Source: Camelus dromedarius
Taxonomy: Eukaryota
DNA length: 64,000 bases
Assembly: GCF_036321535.1 (NCBI RefSeq)
Contig: NC_087436.1
Location: 97,776,001 to 97,840,000 of the forward strand
Direction of reading: 5' to 3'
In this document: piece after piece, positions 28,460 through 41,865 of the stretch
Numbering within the stretch: position 1 is the first letter of the stretch
How the letters are laid out: the number at the start of each line of letters is the position of its first letter
The notes under the pieces: generated by a model
What the model was told of the DNA's origin: nothing
Database searches by the model: none
The model's input: the letters and a program-made list of their open reading frames with translations, nothing else
Position numbers and translations under genes: made by a program

Positions 28460-28680
28460 ATAATTAACATAAATTTTCTACTTTGTGTGTGCTAACTATT
28501 TTATGAGCATTACCACTGATTCTCACAAAAATAGGTCCCATTCAATTTGTGGAAAAATTGAGGCATAGAAATATCAACTTATTTGTCCAGTGTGAGACTC
28601 AGTAAGTGGTGGAGCTGCTTTTGGAACCCAGGGAGCTGGGCTCCAGGATCTAAGTTCTCTTTCACGACACATTAGTGCCT
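28460..28680 (-). mobile_element. MIR SINE
   Basis: ggaaaaattgaggcatagaaat...agtaagtggtggagctg...gaacccagg...ggctccagg. Confidence 0.75.
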
Positions 28681-31600
28681 CACACGAATATAGTGGTCTT
28701 TCGGTAGCATTTTACTTTAGAGATTAGGCTATATGAAATCAGAGTCTAGGAAATAAATTGGACCTGATTAATAATCTCATTAACTGCTGCCAGCTCAGGC
28801 ATCACTTCTGTAAGATTTGTAATTAATGGCCACCTTGCTGCTTAGTTTTTTCGTTCTGATTATAAGGGAACACAGCTACCCATGTGGTTTATGGCAACTA
28901 AAGTAAAGAATTCACGTTACTACTGATTTATAATCTGGCTCTGTAGCTTCCTTTCATTAATCCTAGCTACGTATTCTATATCTATAAAGGCATATTCTAA
29001 CCTCTATTCTATTAATCCTTATATATTTGAAGACATCCTCCAAAATCCAATATAACTCTTTCAGAAATATATGCCTACTGCTTTTCTTCTTCTCTTTTGC
29101 CTACTTTAAAATGAAATTTTATTTAACCAGTATTTTAGTGTCTTCTCTGAGACAATGATTCTGCTAAATGCCGTGAATACAGACTACTTTACACAAACTA
29201 GAATAGTCATTTTAATGATTATGATTCAATGCATTTGTGAGCCTTTAAGTGAAGACTTAAGCTTCCCTGCACCATTAGCTCTACACTTCATGAGAAAAAT
29301 CTCTCTTGGAAGTGAATGAAAGGCACAAAATAGGCTATTATGACAGTGTCAAGAAAAGAAGACCGGTCTCCAGAATTCTAAGTGTGTGTGTGTGTTCTAT
29401 TCTAAACTTCCACAGTGGGCTATATGCTGCACCTACAGTAAATTTTGATGTATGGAGATAATGTGAGCTAGAAAGTTATTTGAAATTGCACTGGAAAATG
29501 CACATGAATAACAAGTGCATTCTAAGCAAGTGCTGTGCAATTATTGGCAGGTGGATATGCACTATGTTTTACCTTCTACGTAAAAAAAATCTGCATGACC
29601 AGCTGAGATTTTTGTTTTTAACATCTTGAAATTTTAACAGATGTGGCTTTGGGGGCATTGATGTTTATAGACATTGTTTCCTCAGTTGATTTGGGAGAAA
29701 AGTAATATAAATATTCCATAAATACAGAAGCAGTAATTAATATGCTTATTAAATAGGGATTACATTACAATTTTAATTATAAGATGAGAAAGATGCTATC
29801 TCTTAAAAAGCTATTAATGTCAATTTTAACACTGCTTTAACTAGTATTGATTACCTTGTTGAAAGATATAATTAATAAGTTCATATATTAAAAAAGTCAA
29901 TGGGCATAACAGTGACACGTGTATAGTACTAACACAATGGTCATTAAGCCCCCCCACCCCAAAGTCAAGATATAAGTTATCAATGGCAAAATAAAAGAAA
30001 AACATTATCTCTGAGTTATGGCTCAATCTAAATCTTTCACCACATCATTCATGATGATAATCTCATAAGCAACTGTGAAAATCATGCTCATGGACAGCTT
30101 TTCTATTATAGAAAATGAGATTTTGAGAGGAAAAGGACTAAATAATTTGAACAGCACTACTTAATTTTCTCCAGAAAGGCTGAACCAAATTGAATATGCA
30201 GTATTGATTACTTATTCAATGAATAAAACTCATTAGCCTGCACATAAGTAAGTAGATGGCATGACTTTATGCTATCTCTGACTAATAAAAATAAGTTATG
30301 TTTGCTTAAAATCCTAAGATATATTCATCTGGTAAATTACACGAGAGGCAAACTTGTGTCATGAATGACTTTAAAAGCTGCCTGAGTAAATTATTCATAA
30401 AAATTACTAAATGCTCTTTGGATGAATTAATCTACTTCTAAATGAGGTTAATGTCTCATCCTTATTGAAGCCATACATTTAGGAGTAATCCTGTTTTTTG
30501 AAATTGATGCATTATTATTCTGTCTAGTCTTTTATAAATGGGAGAAGCAGACTGTATAAGTGGTGTAACTTTTGTGGTGGGCTTAGCCACAGAAATTTCA
30601 TTTGCTAACATATAAGTGGTTTTAAGTGATAAGTATAATCTGTTTTTGAATTCCTACAATCTGACTTGCCTCCTTCCATTAAGTTTAAAACATTTTCAGG
30701 ATCTAAGAAGAGCAATATTAGGATGGTTATTTGTTGATCTTTGACACTGTGATAAATAACCTCTAAGGGAATGTGTACTTCATCTTGTCTGCACTCAGAC
30801 AAGAATATACTCCTCCGGACAAACACATTCACAAAGCTAGAAATAACAGTGATTCAATTCCCCAAGTGCTTATTCCTATCATGACTGTATATGGAAAGTG
30901 TGATTCACACACATATACTGGTATTTTTTTATGTTGAGAACTAACTGAGAAACAGTCAATATAAGTTAGATGTGGAACAAAACATTTTATTTCCGATAAA
31001 AGCTGGATTGGGTGTGTGAAATACATGTGCTGCCACCACGGTAATCTAGTAATGAAATCTACACACTCATTCACAGGCAGTACTACACAGCTGCGCCTCC
31101 CACTGCAGCCACGGGTCCCAGTTATTTGGCTTTTTGAAGGGACCTTTCATTTGAGCCATTGGAAGTGAGATATTATAAGCAATTGTGTAGGTCACTTAAG
31201 GAATTTAATTCCTTATGACATTAATTTAGATATTTGAGTATTGGAATATTTACATACATTGTCAAGTAAATAGTGTATTTTGAATTTAATATTTCACTGG
31301 TTATTTAGTAATTTGAAAGGATTATGTTCAGGGCATTTATATATTACTACCATAATAATATAGCTGTGATATGATTTTACTTGTATAACCTTTAAATAGC
31401 TATTTTTGACAATGTAGTATGGGAAACAGAATAGTGGTAAATTACTATCCTGGAGTATTCCAAGATCTTGTCATGGAACAATTGGTATCATATTCAAATT
31501 CATATTCAGGGCCTTTCGAGCTCCAAGTCAAACCACAGCAGCTCGGAAGGATCCACGTGGTCCAGGGGATGCTGTTTTTGGTGCTGCTGCATAAAGGTGG

Positions 31601-31854
31601 GCATAGGAGCTGGTCTGTCCTGAATTCTCCTCCGCCAGGACAAGATGTACCTCTAGCAAGCAGGAGTTTGCTGGTTAAGCCCAGTATGTTAAAATGTGGG
31701 AGGGGGTGTGAATGGAGAGCTGGGGAATGCTAGTGCTAACCTCCATTTCTCCTACTTCGTATTTCCATGTGGAGGTACTTCTGTCCAAATAATACTTCCA
31801 CCCTCTCTTCATACGTCCCAAGTGATGGTTTTGGCACAACAACAACAGCAGCAA

Positions 31855-32190
31855 AACACTGCAGTAATGTGGAAAGTAGAAAATAAATACCTAAACCACG
31901 GGATGATTTTGCTAAGGTAATTTCCAGCCAGGATGCTGAAAATGCCAACTGATTTCTTCTTGTTGCTTATAATAAAATGTGAGAGGAGAGAGTTACAGTA
32001 AAGGAAGAAATTTAAACATGAAAGAACCAGGGCTTCATGATTTGAAAAATCCTCATCCTCTACAGATGTCAAATGAGGTTAAAATGAAGAAACTGTTTCT
32101 GAGCAAAGATAAATTTACGGCAATGCCAGTAAAACATAGTGACAAACCAAGTATATGATTTTAAAAACCTTCGTTAAGTTCTCATAAGCT
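31855..32190 (+). mobile_element. MaLR internal sequence fragment (MLT1-int)
   Basis: gctaaggtaatttccagccaggatgctgaaaatgccaactgatttcttcttgttgcttataataaaatgtgagaggagagag...gaaccagggcttcatgatttgaaaaatcctcatcctctacagatg follows the recalled MLT1-int consensus. Confidence 0.8.
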
Positions 32191-32333
32191 ATGATAAATA
32201 AATATCTGTTTAATGTCACTAAATATTGAAGATATCTAAGAGTAAGTTTAGTCACATACACCCCAAATTTCCTCTGAAGTATTTATGGGTGTGCTTCATA
32301 GATTCAATCAAATAAAACTTTTCTAAAAAACTT

Positions 32334-34330
32334 GAGATTGTGATGGTGACAGAGAAGGCTTCCGACATTCCTTCTTCCTAAGCACATACCAAATATATAG
32401 CTACACATGGATCAACTCCATCTAAGATAAATTCAGAAACTAGTTAAGTGATTCCTACATATTTGGTAACTGTGAAAATACCTACATCATAATAGGTAGG
32501 AAATTTTGAGACACAGTCTTCCTATAACCCTCATTCCTCAGCAAACTGCCTCATAATCGGGAGGAAACACCTAACTCCCAGCTTCTCTCTGAGGAATGAA
32601 GGGTTTGGACTACACAAAATGGTCCAAGTTTAAGGTTATCACCTGAGGAGGGTCCCAAGATCACCTAGTTCTGATAGCCAATGGTACTTTGCATTCATGA
32701 GTCCCATGTGAGTACAGTAACCAAAAAGCAGCATTAGGAAGGACTGGAAATAGAGCAGACCATACAGAAGAAAGAACCAGTGAGCTCAAAGACAGTAATC
32801 TATATATAATACAGGTAGAAATGGAGAGAGAAGTAAGATTTTTAAAAACTGAAGTAATTCTCCGAGAACCAGCCAACTCCATTAGGAAGGGCAACATAAG
32901 GATAATGGGTATCCCAAGAGAAGGGAGGGAGAAGGAAGCAGAGAGTTTAAAGAAATAACAGCTGAGAACGTCTCAATCCTGGAGAAGGAGCTGGATATAC
33001 AAGTCCATGAAGCTAAGAGAACACATAATTATCTCAATGCAAAAAGACTGTCTCCAAGACACATTGTATTAAAATTGTCAAAAGTCAATGCCAAAAAAAT
33101 TTAAAAGCAGCCAGGGGGAAGACGGTAACCTAAAAGGGAACCCCAATTAGTTTATATAAGATTTCTCAGCAGAAACTCTACAGGCCAGGAGAGATGAGGA
33201 GGATGGAATGACATACTAATAACACTGAAAGATAAAATCTGCCAGCCAAGATCACTCTATCCAGCAAAGTTATCTTTCAGGTATAAAGAAGAAATAAAAG
33301 CTTTTTCAGACAAACAAAAGCTGAAGTAGTTGACTGAAACTAGACCTGCCTTTCAAGAAATGTTGAAAGTAGTTTTTCTAACTGAAACAAAAAGGCAAAA
33401 CTACAGAAAACTGAGTCAGGTAATAAATAGAATTAAGCAGAAAATAGCAACTTTACATCAGGATAGGTTGTTAAAAAGTTACAGCATAAAGGTTAAAGGT
33501 TAAAATAGCAGTAAAAATAACTACAGCTACTTCAATTTGGTAACAAAGTCACAACATAAAAAGCGATAATTTAAGACAACAAAATATTTAAGGGGAAGAG
33601 GAAAAGGATGGAACTCATAAAGGCAAATGAAAATTAGAAGCTATTGGCAGAAAAAAAGACTATTTTATATATGACATTTTATACAAACCTAATGGTAACC
33701 ACAAAATAAATTTAGAGCAGAGACACAGAAAAACTTATAAAAAGAGGAAACAGAAAATCTTAGAAAGTCACCAAGCTAAAATGGCAGAAAAACACTGGAG
33801 ATATAGAACAATCAGAAAACAAAAGATAAAGTAGCATTACTAAGTGCTCATCTGTCAATAATCACTCTGGATAAAAATAGATTGAATTCACAAATCAAAA
33901 GACACATGGTGGTTGGATGGATCAGAAAATAAGACACAACTATAGGCTACCTCCAAGAGACTCCTACTAGCTCTAAAGACAAACATCAGCTGAAAGTAAA
34001 GGGATGGAAGATGATGCTCCAAGTAAGTGGCTGCCAAAAAAAAAAGTGGGTGTAGCCATATTCGTATCTGATAATATAGACTTCAAGTCAAAAAAGGTAA
34101 AAAGCAACAACAATGGACATTACATAATGATATATGGGACAATCACCAAGAAGACATGTTATTAATGTATATACATATAACATAGGAGCACCAAAATAGA
34201 GAGAGCAATTATTAACAGATCTAAAAGGAGAAATGAACAGAAGCAATAATAGTAGGTGATTTTAACACCCCCTTTACATTAATGGACAGATCATCCAGAC
34301 CCAAAAAGAAAAAAAAAAAAGTCAAAAGAA
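32334..34330 (+). mobile_element. LINE-1 5' portion: 5'UTR, internally deleted ORF1, inter-ORF spacer, ORF2 endonuclease domain; RT and 3'UTR absent
   Basis: Degenerate ORF1 peptides (NSIRKGNIRIMGIP; ELDIQVHEAKRT; SPRHIVLKLSKVN) from ~32760. ORF2 EN peptides (LSIITL...LNSQIKRH..GWIRK; YLQET; GDFNTPFTLMDRSSR) at ~33830-34300. Multiple stops and frameshifts. Confidence 0.92.
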
Positions 34331-34337
34331 TGGTGTG

Positions 34338-34408
34338 CTAAAAGACTTCTGTCTTAAGTCGCTACGTTTGGGGATGATTTGCTGTGCAGAAATAGTTAAT
34401 CAATGTAA
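34338..34408 (+). mobile_element. MLT1 LTR 3'-terminal fragment
   Basis: ttctgtcttaagtcgctacgtttggggatgatttgctgtgcagaaatagttaatcaat resembles the MLT1 end (ttttaagccactaagttttggggtggtttgttatgcagcaatagctaactgataca). Confidence 0.6.
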
Positions 34409-34454
34409 CGTTAGAACGCTGGCTGACAGTAAGATTTTAGATTACTGTCATAGT

Positions 34455-34770
34455 AAGATTTACTATGCTGATGACACCAAAATGCACATGATGAAGTTCA
34501 GCTCAGACCACCTCTTCTTCTATGGCATAATGTGCTTCCATGACTTTTATCACTACTATAAGGTAATGATTTCTAAAATCATTTAATCAGCCCAGATACT
34601 ATTCTAAGACCCATGTCTACGTATCTCCTTGCCTATAAAGAATCTTGGCTCCTTTATCCCATAGGCTACTCATATTTGGAAAGTCAAAAAATGAATGAAA
34701 TATTTTATTGAGAAAATTCCTTCTATCATTTCCCTATGAAAGACTTTATGTCAGACACCCAGGCATAGTG
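34455..34770 (+). mobile_element. LINE-2 RT-region fragment(s)
   Basis: tatgctgatgac (YADD) at 34464-34475 followed by cagctcagacc; second degenerate copy with cagcccagatac. Confidence 0.6.
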
Positions 34771-35419
34771 AATAATTTTTACACAATCCCTTACTCTTCA
34801 TAATAACTTTTAATACCGTAATAACTTTTACATAATCATACATTACCATTCAGGTGAATGGATTAGAATGTTAGGGGATCCATAGGTCAGGAGGACAGAG
34901 AACCCTTTTATTTGTGAGTGGAAGAAACACATCTCCCACCGAGAGAAAGACAAGAAGAGATACATGTCTCTGTCAATAGTCCGATGTTCATTATAGAGCA
35001 TATAGTATATATTGCAAATAATAAATGAAATGTAGCAGTAGAGGGTTGGCCCAACATTAAGAAAGACTGCAAAAGTCAAAAAAAGGCAGCAGGGTTGGTA
35101 CAACAAGGTTTTAGAGTTGTGGCCCCTTATAAAAGAGCCTGTAAACATACTGGCATCAAGAGCAACTTTAAAAACAGTAACTCTGACTGTCACTGTGTCA
35201 CTGAGTTTCCAAATTTGACACTGAAGCCTAAAAACTCTGAGCCCCATCGAATTAGCCGATGTGGTTGCTGATATTTCTATTATCCCAGTCAGGATTAGAT
35301 AAAATACTAGACTGAGATTTCAGGTGGAGAAATCAGTGGATCAAGTTTCTGGGAGAAGTAGAGCAGAGAAAAACAAATAAAAGTGACTAACACTGTTCTA
35401 GCCAAGAGGAACACATTTT

Positions 35420-35690
35420 TGTTCTGAATGTACCCAGTATTGTCCATTCACATGCATGTATTCTGTCTTCTCTCTTTACTCTCCCTGCCCATTTCAATTA
35501 TGATATTCCTATTCATTTTTAATTCTAACTCCTCCAAAGAGTTAAAGTGTAATGTAACAACTTCCTCAGATATTTCCTTTTTATCACATATCATGTTTTC
35601 CAGTGTTTTATGTGTTTCTATGAAGAACCAGTAAGAACACAGTAACTTTTACATAATAGATGCCCTAAAAATAACTTGGACAACGATAAT
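35420..35690 (+). mobile_element. LINE-2 3' end
   Basis: acataatagatgccctaaaaataacttggacaa resembles the L2 terminus. Confidence 0.45.
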
Positions 35691-37989
35691 ATTGTTGTCA
35701 ATAAAGAAAAGGTGTTTGCAGAATAAATATGTCATCATTTTATTTCTTCATTGTATCTGTGCTACCATAAAATAAGCCCAGCATATTCTAATATATATAA
35801 AATGGCTATGCAAAATATTTTAATAATTGTTTCTCAGAATCAACTTTCATATGTCACAAGTCAAATTCCAGTTTTCTGAAGTGTGACGAATTTCCAACCT
35901 TAAGAAACAAAAAGATAGTGAGAGTAACTATGTTATAATCTTCAATTTTTTAAATAAACAACACAAGTAGATAAATATTAGATAATTTTGATTATGTCAC
36001 TTGAAAATGCTAGTGGCATTTGCTAGAAGATTTACCTGATACTCGAGGAAGTATTAATAAACAATAAAAGCATTTTCGTTGGATTTCATATGTCCCATAG
36101 TTAAATGTTGATGAAAATGTATATATTTTAGCTGTCATTTTGGCATTTTTTCCATGCATTAGAAGCAACAAAAACTAATACCTCCTCTTTTTCTTAATAT
36201 AATACCGAAATTGTCTACAAGAAAAATCAATAGGTTTTGGGAAAGGGAAAAAATAATAATTTATAAAATGGACTATATATACAGAAATATACCATGTTTA
36301 CTTAGAATTGTTTTTACAAATCACTTTATAGGCAACCTCTTTTACTTCTCAACTTAGAAACACGATCATTTGTCACCTATGAACTTGACATTTTTATATA
36401 TTCACTCTGGACTTGGTTTTGTAATTCTGGCATTTTTCTGTCTCAACCATAATGAAATTAATTCCACGAACCTAAAACTACTTTAGAAAATAATCTATTA
36501 TAAAAAAGTACAAAGTGGAAATGTTAAAAAACAAATCCTAAACAAGCTGATCTTTCTTATTTTGAATGTCAGTTCTACTATCAATTGCATTAAGTATAAC
36601 CTCTTCAATATTAACTTTTTGCCTCACTCTTGGGAAATGTTCTTTTAGATATTAGTTGGAAAACAATATTTTTTTTTTCTGAAGTTATCAACTTTACTGA
36701 AGGAAATATTTTACATGTTCCAATTCAGAAATTCTCTGGTCTGACAACCTGCATAATGTGTGATATGTTTCAGTTCAAATTAAATTTTGATAGGTACAAT
36801 GCTTACTGACATTTTACTGATATTTTAGCATGACAATTACTAAATCAAAAATAAGAAATTCCAATTATTAGCTGTCATGGTTAATTTTTTGGAATGGCAA
36901 ACTTCACACTGAAAATGTGGATTAATACTGTTACTATTAATGTGACATTTAACATAATATCAGCAAAGCCTTGTTACATTTGGAGACACAGAAGTCATAT
37001 AGATTTGGTTTATGTAGAAAAATTTAAGAAAAGTTTAAGAAAAGTACTAGAATAACTTTAATAGTGGGGGGAGGCAGTAAAGCTTAATTTGTACTTGGGT
37101 AAAGAGGGTCAGCTTAGCATACAATTCAAAGTTTCACATCCAATAATAGAAATAATTTTACCAAACCTAGGAGGAACATAAGGAGGAATAGTTAATGAGA
37201 TACTGTGTAAATATCTGGTTTTATTAACTGGCCTATCAAAAGTCTTTCATCACTCTTTTCGAAATAAGTGAAGAATTCTGACATTTTCCATGGCAATATT
37301 ACATTTTTTTCCTTTCTTGAGGGGTTTTGATAATATAATAGCCATGATATCTGGGAAATAGGATAGTATCAAAATGGTACATGTTCTTAGTATATTTATT
37401 CTATATACATTTTTATTTATTTATTCCTTTTAAGAGAAATATTTTGATTTAACTGAGTAGATTTCTTACATTTCAGTCTTTGCATATTTCAAAACTGTAA
37501 TTAATGACCTGATTTAACTGCCTATGTTCCAAGACTTATGTTTTCCTGTTACCGATTTTACCCTTCATGCCTTACATTGATCTCTTTAATTTTAAAAAAA
37601 TGTTACCAACGTTTTGGGAAGATGATTTCTAGATTAATGTAGCATATTAAAAACATTTTTCCCATTTTTATCAGTGTAACGCTCGTTAAAAATCTTATGC
37701 AAAATCTAATAGTCACTCATTTTCCTAGTTGTTCAAAACTTGAATCCTGAGGGAAGTGCAATTAGTACTAAATTAAGATTAAGTTTAGGAAAAACTGTTT
37801 TTGTATCACGATAATTTCACAATGAACAGAAGAGTAAACATATAGCTTAAGCCCAGGATATTTTAACATAATTCTAAAAAAAATATATTTTTTGGGTCTC
37901 TTCTTCCTTTCTTATATCCCCTTTGCTCTTCATACATTCTTAATTATAAATAGGTGAGCGTGAGCAGGGTGTGTGTATGTGTGTGTTTA

Positions 37990-38165
37990 ATACTAATTAC
38001 TCTTGTGAAATATTTACTATGTGCCAGGAATTACTGTAAGAGCTTCATATGTATTACATCATTTAATCTGTTCAGTATCTTATGAAACAGATACTTTCCT
38101 CTATCTTACAGAGGAATGAACTGAGACTTGGAAACACTGACTTGACTAAGGTCACACAATATTAC
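37990..38165 (-). mobile_element. MIR SINE
   Basis: tttactatgtgccagg...tgtattacatcatttaatct...ttacagaggaatgaactgagactt...gacttgactaaggtcacaca. Confidence 0.85.
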
Positions 38166-38639
38166 CTATACTTTCACTACCTACCACCTACCAGTGTTTA
38201 TTCTGTTTTAGTGAGCTGATTATTCTTTCAACAAATATAATTTAAAACATCTATTCAAGTGCTTGAAGACGTATCTAGTCCTTTAAGAAACTGATGCAGA
38301 ATTTCTGCTTGGAGGAATGCAACAAATGGACAAAACTACCTGGTGCAAAGTTTAAGGCAACTTGCTAGAAAGATTGTTGTATGGTCTAACAGAGGAAAGT
38401 AAGGCTTACAGGGAAATGGTAAAACAATGCACAAAGCAATTAACTCAATGAAAATTTCCAGCAGAGATATGTGAGACCAGTTCTATCACTCTTCCCTGGG
38501 AACGCTACACTACTAATATGCTGCTGGCAGATCACAGATGATCAACAGCATACAGTTCACTCATAGGAAATTTAAACATATTCAAACATTTTTATTTATA
38601 TGATTTAGTTTTTCATTACTATTTACATGACTAGGGTAA

Positions 38640-38742
38640 TGTGTCAGCTAAGCCTGAATTCTTTAACAAACTTATATACTGCCTCGCAAAGTGCCAGGCA
38701 CCTAGCAGGCCCTCAGTAAACATTTACTGAATACATGAATAA
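38640..38742 (+). mobile_element. LINE-2 3' terminus
   Basis: gcaaagtgccaggcacctagcaggccctcagtaaacatttactgaatacatgaat. Confidence 0.75.
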
Positions 38743-38879
38743 TAAACCAGTCAATAAGCCTGGCACTGATGTGAACTGCATGACTTTGTTATTTCAAAGT
38801 CGAAGGTGGGAACTGGTTTGATCTCTTATGTTGACATCATTTACCACCTTCGTATAATTGATCTAGGAATAATGACTTA

Positions 38880-39400
38880 GTTTCATTTTTTAAAAAATTC
38901 AGCACACCTACATCAAAACAAAAACCATGTTACATATTGAGAGTACAAAGTTAGATAAGCTCCTATCTGGTCTTGGAAGATTTTGAAATCTAGAGGTAGG
39001 AATTACACTGGTACGATGGGTGTCATCACAGGATAAGCAGAGAGTAAAATCAGAACAAGGAAATGGCATCTAATGAGCTCTTGAGTTCTTTGACCAAATA
39101 AAATATTGGAACATGTGGCTGAGTTGAATCTGTCAGGATGAGTGAAAGGAAATCAAATGAAGATGAAAGGACAAGGCAGAGAGGTAGCAAACCCTGCAGC
39201 CCTTTGTAAGAATTTCACCAACACTGAAATGACTGGGACTTGAGCACTGGAAAGACAGAAGAAATTACAACAGAAATGAAGACAGTGACCCTGAAATACT
39301 GTAGGTAGTGGCTTGTCTGATGAGTTTGAACTTTATCCTGAAAGCCTCATGGACAGCAATTGCACTGTTTGAAAATGAAACATTATTTTAAGCCTCATAA
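38880..39400 (-). mobile_element. LINE-2 fragment
   Basis: tgagctgagttgaatctgtcaggatgagt-like block and gagtttgaactttatcctgaaagc. Confidence 0.55.
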
Positions 39401-41679
39401 AGATAATAAATTTCTTAAAATAGTTATTTCATGAAGCAATTAAGATGCTAAAATGGTATCGATTAACTATCAGTGGAAGTGCAAATACTGCTACAAGGGT
39501 TCTAGTTATGACTGGAATTGTATCAGTCCATTGAAGTCTTACTAATCAGGAATGTAAATCCCTGCACAATACAGAAAGCATCGAGCACCCATGAAATTGA
39601 GAAGCAGTAAAATACAGTTACAGAGTTCAGCTTCGGATGAGGATTTATTTTCTGATCTTATGAGTCAGTAATTTGTCACTAAGATCAAAAAGGAGGAAGT
39701 TTACTTATTAAGGTCTCTGATAATTTGGGAAGTTCAATTCTCTCTTTATATTCATTTTCCAGTTTCTTGCTTCAAAGAATATCTGTTACTTCCTAAGCCT
39801 GTTTAAAGCGTTAATATGCTTAAAACCTGTTCATAATAGAATATGTAGATGGCCTCTGAAGCAATCTACCCCATTCAAACTCAATACTCATATTAATTTT
39901 CTCAAGACTCTTGAACACTTTATAGTGCTAATTATATCTATTAATGTGTCATTTACTTTGAAATGAGATGTATGTTTTCTTCTAAAATAGAAATCCTTAA
40001 TTTTGCTTAGCAGTGTTCAATTTTAGTAAGCCTTTCTGATCTAATGACTCTGATTTCTCTTGGACATAATAGGTTTACTTGTACAATGAATAGTAACACA
40101 TATGTTTAATGCAGATAACTGACTGCTTATCAAATTGGTTCTAATTAGACATTTTTGCATTATGGGATTAATATGAGTGCTGTTGGGACAGGGCACATAA
40201 AGCATGTGAAATTTCAAAGGGAGAATACATTTGTAAGGTATTTTCCATTTCACACTAGCTTTCTACCATTTGCCAAATGCTAATAATTACAGGTGCACAA
40301 CTGGGTCTTGATTGTACCTGTCTGACAGACATAGGGGATTTGGGCAGAAATAACAGACATGGTGAGATTTTGGGGAGGATAATGTTTAAAATACTGACAT
40401 TATATTTCCATAGAATACTTCTTTTAAATGGATATATGAAGAGATGAGAAATCTTCCAATTGATAGGTTCCAGTGCTAAACTAAATTTACTGGTCCTCAG
40501 CGATGTCTTTTCCAGCTTGCAACTGAACACTAGCATAAGGGAAGCCTGGCTGGTTCATCTGTGTCTATCATTCTTTTTCTTACTCATCGATTTGTTTTCT
40601 TCTATGTGTTTGAAGTTAAACCTCAGGATTCCTAATTAAAAGTCACTAGATGAATACAAGGCTAAATTAGTTTCCCAAAATGTATACTTTATTTTAAAGC
40701 AATCCTACCAATTTACATTTGTAAAGTTTTTCTTTGTATCAGATTAAGATATACTTCTATTTTAGCTGAATACATATTTTCCATTTATTTTTACTTCAAT
40801 AAAATAGATGCTAAACTCTTTGTGTGAAACTCCATTTGCCCTCATCTTTCTTTCTTTCTTTTTTTTTTGGCCTCTTCAAATCACATATTCTTCTCTATTA
40901 TGACTTTTACTAAAATTTCCTTGCAATTATCGTATCTTTCCAATGTGATCTGTAGTATGTAAGTGATGAATCCTTTATTCCCTGCGTATAGTATGTGTCA
41001 TGCAACAAGAGCAAAGCACTGAGCTGTCCTGAGCCCACGCCTGCTGGTGCAGCCTGGAATGGGGAAAGCTCCCAGAGGCAGTGTCAACAGCACGTGCATA
41101 CGTCACCCACCACACATCATCCTCTGAGATGTTGCACAGCTATTTGGCAGGGCCAACTACGCTTAAGAGAACTTAAAAGGAACTTCAGCTTTTGACTGTA
41201 GGTCTCTGAAGCTGCATGATTAGGGAACATACTTCTGTTGTCAACAGGAGTCAGTCCTAATAAATAACATGCCGAGTCTTGGCTCTCGCCCTTTTCTGCC
41301 AATCCAAACAGTGGCACAATCCAGGGGCTGGGGTCTCATATTTGATGTTGTAGCTTTTTGATGGGGTATTATTGGCTACATCTCTGCTTATGGTTGGGAG
41401 AGCTTCTGTCCCTCATCCCTTCCCTCATGATGGGGACTAGGCTAGGAAGGGGCTGTGGTCCAAGCTTTGTCACCAGCCACGGCTACTTGCTCTTATGCAT
41501 CTATGCAGAAGGCTGGTTTCATTCCTGGGAGCCTAGCTAATAAGTGACCAATCTGGAGAAATATTTCCTTATAGTTGAGTAAGATATTGTCTATGTAAGT
41601 TGTAAAAAATCACAAAATATTTATATTACATACATATGGAGTAAAATTATTTTAAAAAACAAGGAGGAAGAAAAACTGT

Positions 41680-41865
41680 TTTTTACCTATTGTCAATTCT
41701 CCCACAACCGTTTATCAAATTGATTATTCATAATAAATAGTCTGTTCATTTTGCACTGTCCCTTCTCTCAAATACCAAGTTTCTATATATGCACAGAGGT
41801 ATTTCTTTGCTTTCTATCACTGGCTCATTGGCTTAGGCCCGTATCAATGCTATAGACTATGTCTG
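41680..41865 (-). mobile_element. Ancient L1 ORF2 fragment
   Basis: caattctcccacaaccgtttatcaaat...ccaagtttctatatatgcacagagg resembles antisense L1 ORF2. Confidence 0.55.

Noticed and set aside
31091..31108. CTCF-like motif (also 52242-52255)
   Set aside because: Two to three mismatches at informative core positions; unsupported without ChIP or conservation
31568..31588. REST/NRSE site
   Set aside because: Spacing fits (gctg-N5-ggtgctg), but the critical CC of CTGTCC is replaced by TT
34303..34320. Poly(A) tail ending the L1
   Set aside because: L1-like sequence (gtcaaaagaa) appears to continue after the run and no convincing TSD was found; more likely an expanded internal A tract
34335..34586. 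Novel reverse transcriptase ORF (YADD motif)
   Set aside because: 83-aa chimeric frame across MLT1 and L2 remnants; no other RT motifs in frame
35128..35147. TATA box (TATAAAAG) plus forkhead motif as a promoter
   Set aside because: Such motifs are frequent in AT-rich DNA; no CpG island or linked exon
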